Of a stretch of 64,000 nt of DNA, positions 11,001-21,584 are shown in pieces. A program made the translations under genes and the position numbers. Under the pieces are notes generated by a model. The model searched no databases and was not told the DNA's origin. It saw nothing but the letters and a program-made list of their open reading frames with translations. Within the stretch, counting starts at the first letter, position 1; each line of letters starts with the position of its first letter. Origin of the DNA: Bdellovibrionales bacterium (GTDB taxonomy: Bacteria > Bdellovibrionota > Bdellovibrionia > Bdellovibrionales > JAUICD01). The DNA lies in NCBI GenBank assembly GCA_965203275.1, contig OZ241865.1:1120001-1184000 (forward strand). The letters are read 5' to 3'.

Positions 11001-12158
11001 CCTATATCTTTGAGTCTTCGTATTAATGTTTCATCTGTTTGATCTTCAAATAAAATTTTCAATGAGACAATTTGTGTTTCTTTCATTCTTTTGATTCGTT
11101 CTATATTTTCCTGATACTTTTTTGCTTTGCCTTTTATTTCTTCTGATGGGTTTTTTAATTGTTTATAATCATCAATAACTTTTATATTATCTTTTAATCT
11201 ATCAAAGCTTCCTGGATGCTTTTCTTTGTATTTTTTAGCATCTTCACTTTTTATCTCTTGCTGTGTCTCTACATCTGCAAGTAAGGCTGGCTCTCCCCTG
11301 ACAATCAAACGCAGTTCATTGTAGAGCATATCTCTGAGCAAATCCCTGTAATGCTCTCTTTCAATACCATTGCTAACCCTGGCAGCTTCCTCACGGCTAT
11401 CAGAAAAAGCAATAAGCTTTTTATTTTCTGAAGGCATTCGATAAAAAAGCTCTTTAGATAGAATTTGAATCATTTTTGAAAAGCCAGTTCTAAACCCTCT
11501 AATGGGTGTTTTGTTGTTTGTTCTTTGAGTGTAATCTGTAGCACAACTAGGGCATATTGAAGCTAGTGCCATTGCATTTGATTCTTTATTGCTGGTATGA
11601 AATAAATAGCCATTAATACCATCTTTTTGGTTTGTATGTCCAAGTTGGACTTTTCCTGTTTTTATATTTAAAGAGGCTGTTTTCCAAGAGGCTTTATCTT
11701 TTGTTTTACTTGTTGATTTTGTAAGAGATGATGGACTCCATTTTTTATCTTTAACATCTGTATCAATTTCTGTATTGGGCCAAAAAAGAGCAAAATCTTT
11801 ATAACTTCTTTTTTCAACAAAAAAAGCTTTTTTGAAGCATTTTTATCTGGTGTTGATACAATTCAAAGTTTTTTTTCATCAATCCAGCTTGAATAAAGTC
11901 TTGAAACTTTTTGATCTGATCAGGTGAAAAATCTTTGAGATCATCTTCTGTCAAAGCAGAGATATTTTTCTCTGAGCTTTTGTATTTTGGAATCAGTTCG
12001 ATCCAGGGCTTTTGATAAAACAAACCTTCTTTATCTAGACGCTTTTTTCTTTCCTGTTCAACAGATGGAAACTGTGGTGTTGCAAATCTTGTCTGCACAT
12101 ATAGCTTAAAGCTATCTTTTATTTCTTCAAAGGTTTTGATAGGGTCACGCAATGCCAT
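8048..12158 (-). pseudogene. druE: Druantia DruE-like SF2 helicase with DUF1998, internally deleted and frameshifted
   Basis: The N-terminal fragment 11814..12158 (DPIKTFEEIK...LYQHQ Q-motif) stops at 11814. A second frame is open from ~11825 to 8048 with helicase-C motifs ([22 protein letters not shown]) and DUF1998 ([20 protein letters not shown]). No Walker A or DExH motif is present. Confidence 0.7.
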
Positions 12159-12229
12159 CCTCCTTAATGACTTATTACCTTAAAAACGCTTACTTATAAG
12201 ATATCCATGTATCTTATTTGTCTATAGAC

Positions 12230-12592
12230 CTAGGCTGTTTTCTTTTTTGAATATGTTTGGAACATCCATAAAACTTGTGATGCGGGCATTGTAATATTTT
12301 GTTTTTTCTTAGCTGCTTTTTCAATATCTTTCTTTAAAAAACGTTGCCATTGTCTAGGATTGTCACTGAACTTTTCTGCTACCATTTTGGCAAATTCAAG
12401 GCAAGGAAAACATCGACCTGTCTCTAAGTCACTCAATTGCCTTTTGCTAATTCCTAACATCTTTGCTACCTGACTTTGTGTCATTTTATTGCACAATCTT
12501 TCAGACTTTAAAGCACTTGCGAAAGTCAAAGGACCAAACTCTGTCTCTAGTTTTTCAGTTGTTATTACTCTGCCTTTTCTATTTATAGTCAT
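12230..12592 (-). CDS. XRE-family HTH regulator (HigA-like)
   Basis: MTQSQVAKMLGISKRQLSDLETGR helix-turn-helix. Confidence 0.8.
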   Translation of the reverse strand: MTINRKGRVITTEKLETEFGPLTFASALKSERLCNKMTQSQVAKMLGISKRQLSDLETGRCFPCLEFAKMVAEKFSDNPRQWQRFLKKDIEKAAKKKQNITMPASQVLWMFQTYSKKKTA

Positions 12593-13550
12593 GTTTAGTG
12601 ACCCCCTTTATAATGATACGATAAAAACCTTTATTCTCAATAAGTTTGGCTATTTCATAAGGTACATTTTTAAAAATGAACTTTCTTCTTTCTTTTTGAG
12701 GGAGACTTCCTGAAAGCATTGTCAATGCTCTTTCTAAGAGAGGTGGAAGTCGAAGATCACTACTCAATTCAAAAGTTTTTTTATTGTATTTTAAAATACT
12801 TTTACTAGAATTCTTGAGTATTAGCCATCGTCCCTGATCTAAATGAACCTTTACTTTACATTCATTTGATTTTTTGAACAAATAGTATTTGTAATAATTG
12901 TTATAATGAGAGAGTTTGATAAGAGATAACTCTTTTTTTAAAGATTGATTTTGATTAAATTTTTTGAATGTTAATTGAGTTAAGTCAAACACTTCTTTAA
13001 TGTCTGATGCTTGTCCACTATGCCAATGAGGATTTAAATATTCCTCATAATCAGATAGATTTTCAGCAAACTCTAAAATACTCCAAGCTATAGGTTCTTT
13101 ACAAATCTTGATATAAGATGATAATTGATTACCCTGAAATTTCACTTGATCCCATTGAGCTTCTAAGCTTTGTATATCTTCAGGTTTTATAATGATAGTA
13201 TCAGGAAGATGCTTATTTGTTTTTATATCAATATTTATATGCATTTTAAGTGTTTTTAAAAGATGAAAAGAGCGTCCTCCTGTTAAAAGAAAAGTTGGTT
13301 GTATAAATGGTAATGCAACCAACATAGGAGGAGCTACTTGAACAAATGTCTGATCGTTGGTTTCCCCTATATCAATGTAACCTAAAGCACTTAAGTCTCT
13401 AGCTAAGTTGTATGCGAAATATTTGCTTTCTTGTTCTGTTATTTGTCTTGTATAAAGAAGCTCTACATATTTTCTAAAATCACTCCAGCTAAGAGATTTT
13501 TTCTCAGAGAGTAAATACAGTAAGTGGTTTCCAGATTGATTTTTAGACAT
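12579..13550 (-). CDS. Druantia-associated protein (DruG / C-terminal DruH-like)
   Basis: LLYLLS...SWSDF...LSALGYID...VAPPML..LLTGGRS pattern recalled from Druantia partner proteins; co-oriented upstream of the DruE-like gene. Confidence 0.45.
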   Translation of the reverse strand: MSKNQSGNHLLYLLSEKKSLSWSDFRKYVELLYTRQITEQESKYFAYNLARDLSALGYIDIGETNDQTFVQVAPPMLVALPFIQPTFLLTGGRSFHLLKTLKMHINIDIKTNKHLPDTIIIKPEDIQSLEAQWDQVKFQGNQLSSYIKICKEPIAWSILEFAENLSDYEEYLNPHWHSGQASDIKEVFDLTQLTFKKFNQNQSLKKELSLIKLSHYNNYYKYYLFKKSNECKVKVHLDQGRWLILKNSSKSILKYNKKTFELSSDLRLPPLLERALTMLSGSLPQKERRKFIFKNVPYEIAKLIENKGFYRIIIKGVTKHDYK

Positions 13551-14391
13551 TTTGAGCCTTGTTTAAAAACTTTTTCCATTCCTTTTTCCACCCTGCTTTT
13601 GATTTGGAGTCTACTTGGATTCGCTTTCTTTTATGCCAAATAATTTTTTTAACTCCTTTAATCTTAAATAAATGCCAATCCTGTGGTATCCCTTTAAAGG
13701 GTAATTCTTGACACTTGTCGCAGTGCTTTTGACCCCATTTTTGCACTTTGTCTAAAAGATTATTATGGATAGCAAGGTAAAAGGGCTGATCAGGTGTGTA
13801 TCTTTGACCTGATATCCAACCACGTATTTCAAGGTGATCTGCTTTAGTGAATATATTGTATTTTTCTCCTTTATAATGAAATTTGTATTGATCACTTGTT
13901 GCATCAAAATCTTTTGTCCAATCTTCCATCTTAAAATTTTCAATAGGAGCAGATACAGAAAAGCTAGAAGTAGAAACTTTCCATTCTTTATTTTTATTTT
14001 TTAAGTTAAAATCTTCTTGAGGAAGACCAGCTATTCTTCTACATCTAAAGGAAAATTGAGCTTGTTTAGCAGTGCAATCTATTTCATCCAAACAAAGATC
14101 AATAAAACCTCTTTGAGTATCCGTATTTTTTTGATCAGATAAATTTGCTTCATCAAGCTCTTCTAGCTGTTTTAAGACTCTTTGAATTAAAGCTGTTTGA
14201 AAGTCAAACTTTCCTTTCTCAATCCTTTTTGAGGTCCTATTTGAAAGCTTATTTTTATGAAACTTTAAAGCTTTTAATATTTCTTCATCTGTAGGATGAG
14301 AGTTAGAATCCCATCCCATTTTCCAAAATATCTCAGGAATTTCTTTAAGATCGTCTTGTGTTAGAACAACTTGATAATAAAGAATACCCAC
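13543..14391 (-). CDS. Probable truncated Druantia-associated protein (DruF/DruH-like fragment)
   Basis: Overlaps the next gene; weak GTG start with no RBS. The assignment rests mainly on context. Confidence 0.35.
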   Translation of the reverse strand: MGILYYQVVLTQDDLKEIPEIFWKMGWDSNSHPTDEEILKALKFHKNKLSNRTSKRIEKGKFDFQTALIQRVLKQLEELDEANLSDQKNTDTQRGFIDLCLDEIDCTAKQAQFSFRCRRIAGLPQEDFNLKNKNKEWKVSTSSFSVSAPIENFKMEDWTKDFDATSDQYKFHYKGEKYNIFTKADHLEIRGWISGQRYTPDQPFYLAIHNNLLDKVQKWGQKHCDKCQELPFKGIPQDWHLFKIKGVKKIIWHKRKRIQVDSKSKAGWKKEWKKFLNKAQNV

Positions 14392-14473
14392 ATAATATTC
14401 TATATTGAAACATAAATCTTATATCATAATAAAAAGAGTTGTGTTATGTCATAGATTTGCTTGTATTCTTAAC

Positions 14474-14587
14474 TCCTGAGGTTGATAGCCAGCAAAATAA
14501 AGTTGAGTAAAATCAGTGGGTTATGAGTCGAAAGAGATTTTGTGCCACTGCCACTAGGTTTTTGTTTTGTGGCAGAATTTTGGAAAA
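14474..14587 (+). repeat. Second dispersed repeat family (~115 bp), copy 1
   Basis: Approximate reverse complement of 30620..30730. Confidence 0.8.
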
Positions 14588-14678
14588 TTTATTAAGAATG
14601 AATTCCTTTATTTTCATCTTATGTTATGTTGCATTATTATTTCAATAATCTTTTATTATAGGGTCATCCGGTGCTGAT

Positions 14679-15593
14679 ATGCAGATATTTAATAAATCTA
14701 AATGGTGGATCAGTTTGGTCTATCCTACACTTTTTGTTATTCTTTGCCTGATCTGGGGGACAACATGGTTGGCCATCAAAATTTCTGTTGAATCTATACC
14801 TCCCATTACTGCTGTGGGATTGCGACTTCTCATTACTTATCCTATATTTTTTGGTTTTTCATTGGTTCGCAGAGAACCTATTTGGTTCTCTTCCAAGCAA
14901 TTATTTCTCTATTTTTTATTAATCACTGCCTTTTATTTTACTCTTCCTTTTTGGTTGACAAGTTTTGGACAGCAACACATCTCATCTGGATTGGGAGGCT
15001 TATTATACAGCTCAATGCCGATTTTTATTTTGCTATTTTCTTTTGTTATCTTAAAAGAGCAATTTTTTCTCTCTCAAATAATAGGTATGATCATTGGTTT
15101 TTTAAGTCTTATAATGATTATTAATCTACAATATGGGCATTTACATCATTCTGGTTTGATTGGTGTCTTTGCATTTATTGTGGCAGTTATGATGCATGCA
15201 CTTGCTTATGTCATCTTTAAAAAAGTTCGAGACAAAATTAGCACTTGGACTATGCATACATTGCCTATAGGTGTATCAGGAGTTCTTTCTATCATTGTAG
15301 GTTTTGTATTAGAGCAACCAAACATTGCAGAATTTTCAAAACATTCTATTTTAGCTACTATTTATCTTGCCCTGATTGGATCTTTTCTTGGGTCTATTAT
15401 TTATGTCTTCCTTTTACAAAGAATAAATACAGTTGTTGTTTCTTTTGTTTTCATAATTTTTCCTGTCATTGCAGTTGTTGTGAGTGTATGGTATGAAAAC
15501 ATGCCTATTTCAGAGGGTTTTTTGTTCTACACTATTATTTTGCTGATTGGTTTTGCCATTACAAAATTCCCTATTGAAAAATGGAAAAAGTGA
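14679..15593 (+). CDS. DMT/EamA family transporter
   Basis: LIWGTTWLAIK...PP....GLR start; about ten TM helices in two EamA repeats. Confidence 0.9.
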   Translation: MQIFNKSKWWISLVYPTLFVILCLIWGTTWLAIKISVESIPPITAVGLRLLITYPIFFGFSLVRREPIWFSSKQLFLYFLLITAFYFTLPFWLTSFGQQHISSGLGGLLYSSMPIFILLFSFVILKEQFFLSQIIGMIIGFLSLIMIINLQYGHLHHSGLIGVFAFIVAVMMHALAYVIFKKVRDKISTWTMHTLPIGVSGVLSIIVGFVLEQPNIAEFSKHSILATIYLALIGSFLGSIIYVFLLQRINTVVVSFVFIIFPVIAVVVSVWYENMPISEGFLFYTIILLIGFAITKFPIEKWKK

Positions 15594-15600
15594 AACAGAA

Positions 15601-15838
15601 ACTAGCTTACTTTTAGTGAAACAAACTAGCTGAAATCACTTAATTTCTAATTTTCAAACCTAAATTCCTTACCTTTCCAAAGAAATCCAGAGAAACAAAC
15701 TTTTTCCTTAACATCTCACTCAAAATGCATCATGCCTCTGGCAGGCTTTTGAGACAGTTAGCCTTTGATCGACGGCGAGAGCCGTCGGGCTAACTGTCCA
15801 AAAGTAGCCAGAGGCTAGACCACTTTTAGTGAAACAAA
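15601..15838 (+). repeat. Structured palindromic repeat element, left flank of the rpn gene
   Basis: Long imperfect hairpin at 15716..15832; 15601..15727 is similar to 61331..61463. Confidence 0.85.
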
Positions 15839-15843
15839 TGTGT

Positions 15844-15872
15844 TTGACATTCCATCAAGATATGTTTATTCT
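15844..15872 (+). promoter_or_regulatory. Sigma70 promoter; predicted start near ATG 15880 (leaderless mRNA)
   Basis: TTGACA-17 nt-TATTCT, ending 7 nt before the ATG. Confidence 0.55.
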
Positions 15873-15879
15873 ATGCAAA

Positions 15880-17040
15880 ATGAATCAAGTGAAACAAAAT
15901 CATCTTAAGAATCAAGCTCAAAAAGAAGAGCAACAAGCTATTTCTCAAGCTCATGTCCATGACCTGTCTTTCAAAAGGTTTTTTGATAGTGTAGAGAACA
16001 TATTAGCCTTTTTAAACCTTGCTTTTTCTCAGGCATTTCTAAACCTTTTTAACCTTGACTCACTCAAAATAGAAAAGAATGTTTTAATAGCAGGTATAGA
16101 AATGCAAATAGACCTTCTCATTTCATTAACCCTTAAAAACTCTCAAAAAACAGTCAGATTTATCTTTCTTTTAGAACACAAAAGCTGGCCAGACCATAAT
16201 GTCTTAAAACAATTATTAAAATATCAGGCTACAGTCTATGAAAAATATGGCTATCCAGTAATTCCTATTGTTTTTTATCACGGGATGAAAAAATGGACAG
16301 TGCCTATTTCTTTCCATGATTACTTAGAATCTCAAGGTTATTTTCCTGATCATTCTCGCAGTCTTATTGCTCCTTACCTTATGAATTTTTCTTATGTGCC
16401 ATTTGATCTATCGGTTTATGATATAGAAGCGAAGGCAAAAGGTTCAATGATCAGCCCTATTTTGCATTTATTTCAGGGTATTTGGTCTTTAGATAGTAGA
16501 AAAAGTACAAAGGAACAGCATGATTTTTTCATAAAATTTTTTTCATTTGTGAAAAAAGTGTCGCAAAGTACCGATAAAAAGTATATAATAGAACTCATCA
16601 CTAAAGCGATGACTTATTTTTATCAGTACAATAATCAGTTAAGTAAAGAAGTTGTTCAATCAGCTTCAAAAGAAGTGACTCAACAATTAGGAGGAGAAAA
16701 TATTATGGAAGCATTTGATTTTACCATAGAAGGAACTATGAAAAAAGGCATTCAGATTGGCCGAGAAGAAGGCATTCAGATTGGCCAAGAGAAAGGCATT
16801 CAGATTGGCCGAGAGAAAGGCATTCAGATTGGCCAAGAGAAAGGCAGAGAAGAAGGTAGGCAAGAAGGTAGGCAAGAAGGTAGGCAAGAAGGTAGGCAAG
16901 AAGGCAGAGAAGAAGGTAGGCAAGATATTATCTTAAATATGCTTAAAAATAACATGGATATTTCGATCATTGCAAAAATCACAGAGTCCACAGAGAACAA
17001 AATACGAGAAATACAGAAAAAACTAAACAACTTGGGCTAA
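15880..17040 (+). CDS. Rpn/YhgA-like PD-(D/E)XK nuclease (Transposase_31 family)
   Basis: HDLSFKRFF, IDLL, LLEHKS, VIPIVFYHG motifs; C-terminal GREEG/GRQEG repeats and a terminal HTH-like tail. Confidence 0.9.
   Translation: MNQVKQNHLKNQAQKEEQQAISQAHVHDLSFKRFFDSVENILAFLNLAFSQAFLNLFNLDSLKIEKNVLIAGIEMQIDLLISLTLKNSQKTVRFIFLLEHKSWPDHNVLKQLLKYQATVYEKYGYPVIPIVFYHGMKKWTVPISFHDYLESQGYFPDHSRSLIAPYLMNFSYVPFDLSVYDIEAKAKGSMISPILHLFQGIWSLDSRKSTKEQHDFFIKFFSFVKKVSQSTDKKYIIELITKAMTYFYQYNNQLSKEVVQSASKEVTQQLGGENIMEAFDFTIEGTMKKGIQIGREEGIQIGQEKGIQIGREKGIQIGQEKGREEGRQEGRQEGRQEGRQEGREEGRQDIILNMLKNNMDISIIAKITESTENKIREIQKKLNNLG
16705..17040 (+). CDS. Internal in-frame small ORF (RpnS antitoxin-like, 111 aa)
   Basis: AGGAGGAG at 16689-16696, then 8 nt, then an in-frame ATG at 16705. 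Confidence 0.65.
   Translation: MEAFDFTIEGTMKKGIQIGREEGIQIGQEKGIQIGREKGIQIGQEKGREEGRQEGRQEGRQEGRQEGREEGRQDIILNMLKNNMDISIIAKITESTENKIREIQKKLNNLG
16745..16925 (+). repeat. Coding tandem repeats (24-bp GIQIG(R/Q)E(E/K) and 12-bp GRQE units)
   Basis: aaggcattcagattggcc x4; gaaggtaggcaa x5. Confidence 0.9.
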
Positions 17041-17057
17041 AGATTATTGCATTTTTT

Positions 17058-17556
17058 TCACTCAAAATAAATCATGCCTCTGGCATGTTTTCTGGCAGTT
17101 AGCCCGACGGCTGTCGCCGTCGGGCTAACTGTCCAAAAGTAGCCAGAGGCTAGTTCAATTTTAGGGAAACAGAGGCTGGTTTATTTTTAGTGAAAAAGAT
17201 AAGAAGGCGGTAGCCTTCGGCTGGCAACCAGAAAGTAGCCAGAGGCTAGACCACTTTTAGTGAAACAACTCCTTAACATGGAGTAAAAAAACGAGGAGAT
17301 CCTCATGACTCAAAGTGAACAGGCTTTCTAGGCGATGACCATTTTATCGATGGCGAAAGCCTTTGCAGGGCAACAAGTGTAAGAAGGAACTTTTTCCTTA
17401 ACATGGTGTTAAGAAATGAGGACATCCTTCTTCCTAAAATTGAACAAGCTTTTGAGGCGGTTAGCCTTTGATCGACGGCGGTAGCCGTCGGGCTAACTGC
17501 CCAAAAGTAGCCAGAGGCTAGTTCAATTTTAGGGAAAAAGACCACTTTTAGTGAAA
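17058..17556 (+). repeat. Mosaic cluster of structured palindromic repeats, right flank of the rpn gene
   Basis: About four full or partial units carrying GC-GNNA-GC hairpins and AGTAGCCAGAGGCTAG. Confidence 0.88.
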
Positions 17557-17584
17557 AAAACCAAACAAACGAAAGGATTAAAAA

Positions 17585-19705
17585 GTGAAATTATCATCAC
17601 CTCATAAAAAAAAGGCATTTAGTACATTTTTTCTTTGGTTAATGCTTGTGGCAAGTGTTATTGTTGTGTTTCAATTTTATGTAGAGCAGACACAAGATAA
17701 CATCGCAGATTTTGACTACGGAAAATTTTACACAGCTGTTGAAAACAAAGAGATTGAAAGTGTGATTTTTTATGAACACACAGGTCAAATCAGTGGTGAA
17801 GTCAAACCAGCATTTCAAGAAAAATACCAAGGTAAAAAATTCAATATTTATGGTGCAACAGGAGAGGAGTCTTTTAAATTTTTAAAAGAAAATGGCATTA
17901 TTCCAAGCTATGCTCGATCTGATGATTCTTTAATCTATAAGGTTATTATGACTTGGCTTCCACTCCTTGTGATCATTTTGTTTTTCTTTTTTATTTTTCG
18001 TCAAATACAGGCAGGTGGTCGAGCTATGAGCTTTGGTAAGAGCAAAGCCCGCTTACTCACAGAACATAAAAACACTATTACATTTAAAGACGTTGCTGGG
18101 GTTAATGAAGCTAAAGAAGAATTAAATGAAATCATTGCTTTTCTCAAAGAACCCAAAAAATTTACCCAACTGGGTGGTAAAATTCCTAAAGGGGTTTTAA
18201 TGATAGGTTCTCCTGGAACGGGTAAAACCCTACTTGCTAGAGCTGTAGCTGGGGAAGCTGGTGTGCCTTTCTTTACTATTTCTGGATCTGATTTTGTGGA
18301 GATGTTTGTGGGCGTAGGAGCTTCTCGAGTCAGAGATTTATTTGAACAAGGTAAAAAAAATGCTCCATGTTTGATCTTTATAGATGAAATTGACGCTGTA
18401 GGAAGACATAGAGGTGCAGGGATGGGAGGAGGCCATGACGAAAGAGAGCAAACTCTCAATCAACTTTTAGTTGAAATGGATGGTTTTGAAAGCACAGAAG
18501 GTGTGATTTTAATTGCTGCAACCAACAGACCAGATGTTTTGGACCCTGCTTTACTAAGGCCAGGAAGATTTGATCGCCGAGTGATTGTAAGCAAACCTGA
18601 TATTAAAGGCAGAGAGAAAATATTAGAAGTGCATATTCATAAAGTACCTACCTCAAAAGAGGTGGATTTAAAAGTTATTGCCAAGGGGACCCCTGGTTTT
18701 TCTGGAGCAGATTTAAGAAATTTGGTCAATGAAGCTGCTTTATTAGCTGCTCGTAAAAGTAAACAAATTGTAGATATGGATGACTTAGAACAGGCTAAAG
18801 ACAAGGTATTGATGGGGTCAGAACGTAAGTCTATGACCATTAGCGATGAAGATAGAAAAATTACAGCCTACCATGAAGCAGGACATACATTAGTAGGTAA
18901 GATTATTCCTGGAACAGATCCTATTCATAAAGTCACTATTATTCCTCGTGGCATGGCATTGGGAGTCACACAGACCTTACCAGAGGAGGAGCGTTTGAAT
19001 ATGACAAAGCAGAAAGCTAATAATATGATAGCCTTTTTGTTTGGTGGGCGAGCTGCCGAAGAAATCATATTTGAAGATTATACAACAGGAGCAGGTAATG
19101 ATATTGAAAGAGCGACAGAGATTGCTAGAAAAATGGTTTGTGAGTGGGGAATGAGTGAAACCTTAGGTCCATTAGCTTTTGAGAAAAGAGAAGGACCTGT
19201 ATTTTTAGGTTTACAAACAAAAAGTGATAAAGATTACTCAGAAGCAACAGCTCAACAAATTGATCAAGAGGTCACACGTCTGATCATGGAAGGACATAAG
19301 AAGGCTAAAAAAATCCTTGCAGAAAATATTGCTATTCTGCACAATTTAGCAGAAGCCCTGTTAGAGAAAGAAACCATAGACGGTGAAGAAGTAGATATGA
19401 TTATGAGAGGCAATACTTTAAAAGATATAGAAGATCTAAGAAATGAGCGTTTAAAAGAACTGGCTGCTGAAAACAAAAAACAAAAGAGAAAAAACAACAA
19501 AGCCCAAAAAGCAAAAGAGAAAAAAGAGAAAGAGAAAAAGGATAGCCAGCAAACTTCTCAAAAAAGCAATAGCCTTTTTGGTAGTGCCAAAATTAGAAAT
19601 AAATTTACACCGGGTGAAAAATCTAACTCTAAACAATCTAATAAAAAAACATCATCAAAAGGTCCTAAGCGATTTGATCAACCTTCCACCCCTAAAGATA
19701 CTTAA
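17585..19705 (+). CDS. ftsH: ATP-dependent zinc metalloprotease FtsH
   Basis: Two TM helices, [19 protein letters not shown], the SRH motif and AYHEAGH. Confidence 0.97.
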   Translation: MKLSSPHKKKAFSTFFLWLMLVASVIVVFQFYVEQTQDNIADFDYGKFYTAVENKEIESVIFYEHTGQISGEVKPAFQEKYQGKKFNIYGATGEESFKFLKENGIIPSYARSDDSLIYKVIMTWLPLLVIILFFFFIFRQIQAGGRAMSFGKSKARLLTEHKNTITFKDVAGVNEAKEELNEIIAFLKEPKKFTQLGGKIPKGVLMIGSPGTGKTLLARAVAGEAGVPFFTISGSDFVEMFVGVGASRVRDLFEQGKKNAPCLIFIDEIDAVGRHRGAGMGGGHDEREQTLNQLLVEMDGFESTEGVILIAATNRPDVLDPALLRPGRFDRRVIVSKPDIKGREKILEVHIHKVPTSKEVDLKVIAKGTPGFSGADLRNLVNEAALLAARKSKQIVDMDDLEQAKDKVLMGSERKSMTISDEDRKITAYHEAGHTLVGKIIPGTDPIHKVTIIPRGMALGVTQTLPEEERLNMTKQKANNMIAFLFGGRAAEEIIFEDYTTGAGNDIERATEIARKMVCEWGMSETLGPLAFEKREGPVFLGLQTKSDKDYSEATAQQIDQEVTRLIMEGHKKAKKILAENIAILHNLAEALLEKETIDGEEVDMIMRGNTLKDIEDLRNERLKELAAENKKQKRKNNKAQKAKEKKEKEKKDSQQTSQKSNSLFGSAKIRNKFTPGEKSNSKQSNKKTSSKGPKRFDQPSTPKDT

Positions 19706-19711
19706 CAAACT

Positions 19712-20563
19712 CTAAACACGACCTAGTGTTTTTTTCATAAAATGAGGTAGCTGGAAAGCAGCCTTATGTATACCTGAATTATAATACTGAAAATCCCATC
19801 CTTTTGTTTTATGGGCATCATAATCTTCAATAGGATGATATTTTTTAGAAGAAAACAGAAAAGACCAAAGCCCCCCTGGATAAACTAAATTTGAATAATT
19901 ATAAAACTCAACAATAGGAAAATGCTCTTGAAGTCTTCTCATCATAGATGCTTGCAGTTCACCTTCATAAAAAGGTGATTCACATTGAGATACCACAATG
20001 CCGTCTTCATTTAATATGCAATGTATATTTTGATAAAACTGACTATCAAAGAGTGGAATAGCAGGTCCTAGAGGGTCTGTAGAATCCACAAGAACCACAT
20101 CAAAATGTTCTGTGGTATTTTTAACATACTTGACACCATCATCGATATGCACTTTCACACGTGCATGATCTAATTGAGAGGCTGTTTGAGGTATGAATTT
20201 CTTACAAGCTTCTACCACACAAGAGTCAATTTCTACAAGGGTGCATTTTTTAACTTGTGGATGTTTTAAAACCTCTCTGACAGTTCCACCATCTCCACCT
20301 CCAATCACTAAAATATTTTGAGGGTGAGAATGAACAAAAAGAGGTACGTGAGCAATCATTTCATGGTACACAAATTCGTCTTTTTCTGAAAGCATAGCGA
20401 TTTTATCATTGAAAAGCATTTTTCCGTATCCTTCTGTTTCAACCACCTGAACATGTTGAAACGGGCTTTTTTTAGAATACAAAATCTTTTTTATATCATA
20501 ACGTAAACTTAAAATGTCTTGATGTCTTTCTTCTATCCATAGATTAGCTTTTTTCATAATCAC
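19712..20563 (-). CDS. speE: Spermidine synthase (polyamine aminopropyltransferase)
   Basis: DEFVYHEMIAHVP, LVIGGGDGG, DVVLVDSTDP and YPGGLW motifs. Confidence 0.95.
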   Translation of the reverse strand: MIMKKANLWIEERHQDILSLRYDIKKILYSKKSPFQHVQVVETEGYGKMLFNDKIAMLSEKDEFVYHEMIAHVPLFVHSHPQNILVIGGGDGGTVREVLKHPQVKKCTLVEIDSCVVEACKKFIPQTASQLDHARVKVHIDDGVKYVKNTTEHFDVVLVDSTDPLGPAIPLFDSQFYQNIHCILNEDGIVVSQCESPFYEGELQASMMRRLQEHFPIVEFYNYSNLVYPGGLWSFLFSSKKYHPIEDYDAHKTKGWDFQYYNSGIHKAAFQLPHFMKKTLGRV

Positions 20564-20567
20564 ACTC

Positions 20568-21584
20568 CTACTTAAGTGAAATTTTAAATGGTTCTAATGC
20601 CTGGCTTTGTTTTTTATAAAAATTATAAAATTGAATATCATATCCAAAATTAAGCTTTTTGCATACCTTTCTCTTAGGTAAATATAAATGATTAAGGCAA
20701 GGGGTATGTTGAATTTGAAATTGAAAAATGTCAAATAGTTTAGGTTTAAAAATATCTAAAATCTTTTCAATAGTTGCTTGATAGTCATTTGTAAAAAAGT
20801 GATTGGTTTCAAAGCTCACATAAGAACCTAAATCACCAGGACTTATGTGAAAAGTATAATATTCATTTTCTCTTATAGCATTTAAAGAATAGCCATAAGG
20901 TTTAAAAATATGATCATCAATTTGGAATTTGTTTGGAAAGATATCATAAAGACCAAGTGATTGAAAAGCTGTCTTTATTTCTGCATCCAACTGAGAAGAT
21001 GAAAAGACATTTTTAATAGTATCGTCTATTTCATGCATGAGCAATTCTAGTGTCATATCTTGAAGGTAAAGTAAAAAAGGACTCATTTTATTGTTGTGTA
21101 AAAGCATTTCAGGTGTCATATCTTTTAAGTTAAGTGTCGTAGTCTCAATGTCTTTGCAGAAAAGACAAATATGATGCTCTGTCAGATCTCCAAAACGATA
21201 AGCTGTAGCATTAAAGTGATTTTTTAATCTCTTAGCATCTTCATAGAAATTTGTAGATTGGTCTGTAGGGAAAATAGGATTTTTCCGCTCATAGAAAAAT
21301 GAAAGTATATGATCTTTAGGAATAAAATTTAAAATTTCTAAAGTGGCATCTACTAAAGATGTATTTCCACAAGTGATCATTGTCATAAAATGATCATAAA
21401 TAAACAGTGATGACTCAGAAAGTAAATAAGCAATGCAGTAATCATTTTGCATAGAAGACAAAATTTGGGACTTTGACTTTTTGACGACATTTTTCCATAA
21501 AGAGATATCTAAATGCCTCAAAGACTTTATATCTTCTGAAACAAAAAGTTCTAGTTTTTTCTCTGTTCCTTCAAAGCGTGTCAT
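20568..21584 (-). CDS. speD: S-adenosylmethionine decarboxylase proenzyme, eukaryote-like class 2
   Basis: FEGTEKKLE, YLLSESSLF (autocleavage site), TCG, GYSLN and SYVSFETN motifs; adjacent to speE. Confidence 0.9.
   Translation of the reverse strand: MTRFEGTEKKLELFVSEDIKSLRHLDISLWKNVVKKSKSQILSSMQNDYCIAYLLSESSLFIYDHFMTMITCGNTSLVDATLEILNFIPKDHILSFFYERKNPIFPTDQSTNFYEDAKRLKNHFNATAYRFGDLTEHHICLFCKDIETTTLNLKDMTPEMLLHNNKMSPFLLYLQDMTLELLMHEIDDTIKNVFSSSQLDAEIKTAFQSLGLYDIFPNKFQIDDHIFKPYGYSLNAIRENEYYTFHISPGDLGSYVSFETNHFFTNDYQATIEKILDIFKPKLFDIFQFQIQHTPCLNHLYLPKRKVCKKLNFGYDIQFYNFYKKQSQALEPFKISLK

Noticed and set aside
8037..14486. Terminal inverted repeats around the Druantia-like locus
   Set aside because: Only ~14/18 identity in AT-rich DNA, with no target duplication or transposase.
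17303..17545. ORFs over repeats (also 60470..60706, 61122..61403 and the GTG extension 15829..15879)
   Set aside because: They are translations of the non-coding repeat and have no RBS.
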